Of a stretch of DNA of 64,000 bases, positions 60,986 to 64,000 are shown piece by piece. This DNA is from Hydrolagus colliei. Taxonomy: Eukaryota. Both the position numbers and the translations under genes were made by a program. Numbering within the stretch: position 1 is the first letter of the stretch; each line of letters opens with the position of its first letter. Below the pieces are notes generated by a model. It did no database searches. It was not told the origin of the DNA and worked only from the letters and a program-made list of their open reading frames with translations. The stretch is from contig CM068769.1 in assembly GCA_035084275.1 (NCBI GenBank), positions 1,426,001-1,490,000 of the forward strand, in the 5' to 3' direction.

Positions 60986-61043
60986 ATAGCAGTGTTGTCA
61001 TTAACTTTACAAATATATATATTGGATTCAAATTCGGTTTCAT
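60986..61043 (-). CDS. Leader exon of V60 (MKPNLNPIYIFVKLMTTLL-C)
   Basis: 19 codons + 1 nt, GTAAGC donor. Confidence 0.85.
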
Positions 61044-61744
61044 TCTCTGGTTGGAACGTTACGAGCGTTCGGCAAGGTTGACTGGAGTCTTTAGCTGTGC
61101 AGATGGTAATTATATTCTCGATCACGCCTTCACCCACAGCTCACTTCCGGCATGTTTGCTTGTGGTAAATTGTGCATTCATTAGTAAACTTTCATCAGTG
61201 CTCATGCTTACTGCTGGGTAAACAGTGCCATGTGTGTGGATGAAAGTAACCGTGCCCAGACTTTCTGCTTAGTCGAGCAGGGAATACAAGTCCATATCTG
61301 CACTTACCAAAGCCAATTTCTGGGTGAGCGTCACGACAGTTGGAACTCAAAACATTCCTATTGCTATAACCACCCCATTCGTCAGGGTTTTGGCTTGCAG
61401 GATTAATAGGAGCAGAGTGGAATGACTCCACTTTAATCGTGACTTGTCTGCTCTTCTAGGTTCTACTGATGAACCAGCCTGGTCTACCCTGTCATTCGCA
61501 GTTTCGTGAAATAATGCGAACTTGTCTACCTAAACAACATGTCTACCACTGCAGAGACCGTCGCAGATAGATGGATAAATTCTGATATTCCGTTAGAAAA
61601 TTCAAGATAATCTGCCGTGAGAACTGCTTCCCTCCCATAAGTAGGAGAAGTGATTTTGCTCAGACTACTGTGGACATTTACATAGTACAACGGCACCCTC
61701 TTTCGGCAGTAAAGCGCTACTGCGGTTTTTCATTTTTAATTGAG

Positions 61745-64000
61745 TAACAACAACAACAACAAATTACATTTATAAAGCGCATTTAACGTCGGTGGGACGT
61801 CCCAAGGCGCAGCACAGGAGGCGTGTGATCCAAGCTGGGAGGTGAGTGTACGCGGAGGAGTGAAACACGTAGGGGAGGTCGAAAAATTCTGAGTGGAACA
61901 AAAGGCACGGTCGAAGAGGAAAGTCTTCAAACCGGCCTTGAAATTGGAAAGGGAATAAACGAGACGGAGCGATTGAGGGATGGAATTCCATAAGCTGGGA
62001 GCGGTAAAACTGAAGGCCCGTCCTCTGATGGTGGGGCGGTTCGGGCGGGGGTTTTAGAGCAGGTCAGGTACTGCTGAACGGAGGGTCCGAGTGGGCTTGT
62101 AGGGGGAGAGTAGATTGGTTAAGTAGGGCGGGGCAAGGCCATGTAAGGCATTGAAGGTGAGGACGAGGATCTTGAATTCGATCCTCTGGAGGATGGGGAG
62201 CCAGGGGAGACGGGCTATTGTGGGGGTTATATGGTCGCGAAAGCGGGTGCGGGATAATACACGGGCTGCAGAGATTTGGATAACGTGCAGCCTATGAATG
62301 GAGGAGCTGGGGAGGCCGACGAAGAGAGCGTTTCCGTAGTCCAGCCTTGAGGAAGTGTATTTGTGCACGAGTGTTTCGGTAGCGTGGGGGGTAAGATAAT
62401 TGCGGAGCCTGGCAATATTGCGAAGGTGGAAATAAGCGGTGCCGGTCAAGGCACGGATGTGGGGGAGGAAGGAGAATTTTTGGTCGAACGTGATGCCGAG
62501 GTTCCTGACTGGCTTTATGAGGTGGACAGTACAGCCTTGGATGTTGATGCTGGCAGCGCCCAATGTGCGGAGGCGCTGGCTTGTGCCAATCAGGAGGGCC
62601 ACGGTCTTACTCACGTTCAATTGCAGGAAGTTTTCCCTCGTCCAGGACTCGATGTCGGACAGACACACTGTCAGAAAATCGATGGCCTGGGGGTTGAGGT
62701 ATGAGGCAGAAAGCTACAACTGGGTGTCGTCCGCATACATGTGGAAATTTACCCCATGTTTACAGATGGCATCGCCCAGAGGGAGCGTATAAATGGTGAA
62801 AAGGAGGCGGCCGAGGACAGAGCCCTGAGAGACGCCGTGAGAAACTGTGCGGAGGTTTGAGGAAAAACACATTGGAGTTCAACGTGTAAACGGTGGGTGA
62901 AATAAAAATGGAACAATTCAAGGACTGTGCCTTGAAGGTTGAGGTGGGAGGAAAGACGTTGGAGGAGGATGGTGTGATCGACTGCGTCGAACGCAGCAGA
63001 TAGGTCAAGGAGGACGAGGAGGCAAAGGGAGCCTGGTCACAGGCGGTTAGGATATCATTTGTAACCTTAACTAGGGCAGTTTCTGTACTGTGAATAGGGC
63101 GGAAACCTGATTGGAGGGGTTCAAGGAGTGAGTGAGTTGAAAGGAAAGAGCGGAGCTGGGAGGCAACCACTCTTTCAAGGACCTTGGATAAAAACGGGAG
63201 GTGGGAAATGGGTCGATAGCTTGATGGGTGCGACGCATCAAGGGAGGGTTTCTTAAGGATAGGTGTGATGGTGGCGGTTTTAAGGGTGATAGGGACGGTA
63301 CCTGAGGAGAGGGAAATGCTGATGATGTCAGAAATGAACGTGTCCAAAACGTGGAGCTGGGTGTGGAGTCGGGGGGGGGGGGGTGGGTGGATATGGGTTC
63401 CACTGAGCATGTGGTGGGTTTCATGGAGGTGATTATTTTTGTGATTAAAGACGGGTTAGTGGGGTTGAAAGTATGAAATGGGGTGTGGGTGGGGGTTGAT
63501 GAAACGGATGGAGGTGCGGAGCTGGAGGAGAGGTCGGGGGAGGAATCCGCGGAGCGGAGTTTCTCTATTTTGTACTCGAGGAAGTCCAACATCTCCTCAC
63601 AAAGTTCGTTTGAGGAGAGAATCTGCGAAGCGAGACGGGGGGGCGGAGGAGCTGGTTGGTGGTGGCGACAAGGAGGCGGTGGTTGTCCTTCGCTTCCAGG
63701 ATTATCGTGGAATATAAAGCTGATTTGGCGGTGGCTAGGTCGGAGCGGTAAAAGTTTATGCGGTCCAGCCAGATTTGCCGGTGGACCGTGAGGCCAGATT
63801 TGAGCCAGGTGAGTTCAGCTGCTCTCACTTGGCTTTTGAGGGAGCGGAGGTTAGTTGTGTACCAGGTTGATTATCGGGAGTGGGAGACGGTTCTGGAGGT
63901 GAGGGGGGGCAGGTGTCGAGGCTAGTGGAGAGGGTGTTATGGAGGGCGGTGGTGGCGGATGATGGGTCGGTGCATAAAGAGTGCCACTTTGGGAGGAGGT
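61745..64000 (-). mobile_element. L2 LINE (RT-containing ORF2 with frameshifts), runs off the window end
   Basis: ORFs 62760-63410 ([15 protein letters not shown]...QSGFR..HSTETAL) and 62054-62668; (aac)n tail at 61745. Confidence 0.95.

Noticed and set aside
43419-61043. NAR-TCR-type double-V arrangement or IgH-like V segments
   Set aside because: The paired V genes each have their own leader, no D/J lies between them, and no IgNAR/VH-type framework (WVRQ...GLEW) is seen
1-64000. D, J or C gene segments; CRISPR arrays or other prokaryotic systems
   Set aside because: By eye I found no 12-spacer RSS with an FGxG exon, no C domain and no repeat-spacer array; the sequence is eukaryotic. A formal RSS scan was not run

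Overview
Vertebrate genomic DNA, most likely from a cartilaginous fish (inferred from the V-gene families and the CR1/L2/tRNA-SINE repeat landscape). Bases 1-34.8 kb are almost entirely retroelements: several young CR1 copies, older L2 fragments, tRNA-derived SINEs with L2-like tails, and a ~7 kb near-intact Tx1/L1-clade LINE joined directly to a near-complete CR1 ORF2. Bases 34.9-61.2 kb hold an array of 12 T-cell-receptor alpha/delta-like V gene segments, all on the minus strand, most with a split leader exon and a 3' 23-bp-spacer RSS. Four look fully intact (34.9, 46.3, 55.7, 60.6 kb), one is open with a weak RSS and doubtful leader (39.2 kb), and the rest are defective ORFs or pseudogenes. 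I saw no D, J or C segments. The most striking unexplained patterns are: (i) a tRNA-like Pol III (A/B-box) SINE head starting about 9-14 bp past the RSS nonamer, in the same orientation, in six V genes from three different families; (ii) a triplicated two-V cassette in which one member is always intact and the other always crippled; (iii) a duplicated ETS/E-box plus CTCF-motif element between V genes; (iv) the Tx1-CR1 composite. Repeat boundaries and similarities were judged by eye and are approximate.
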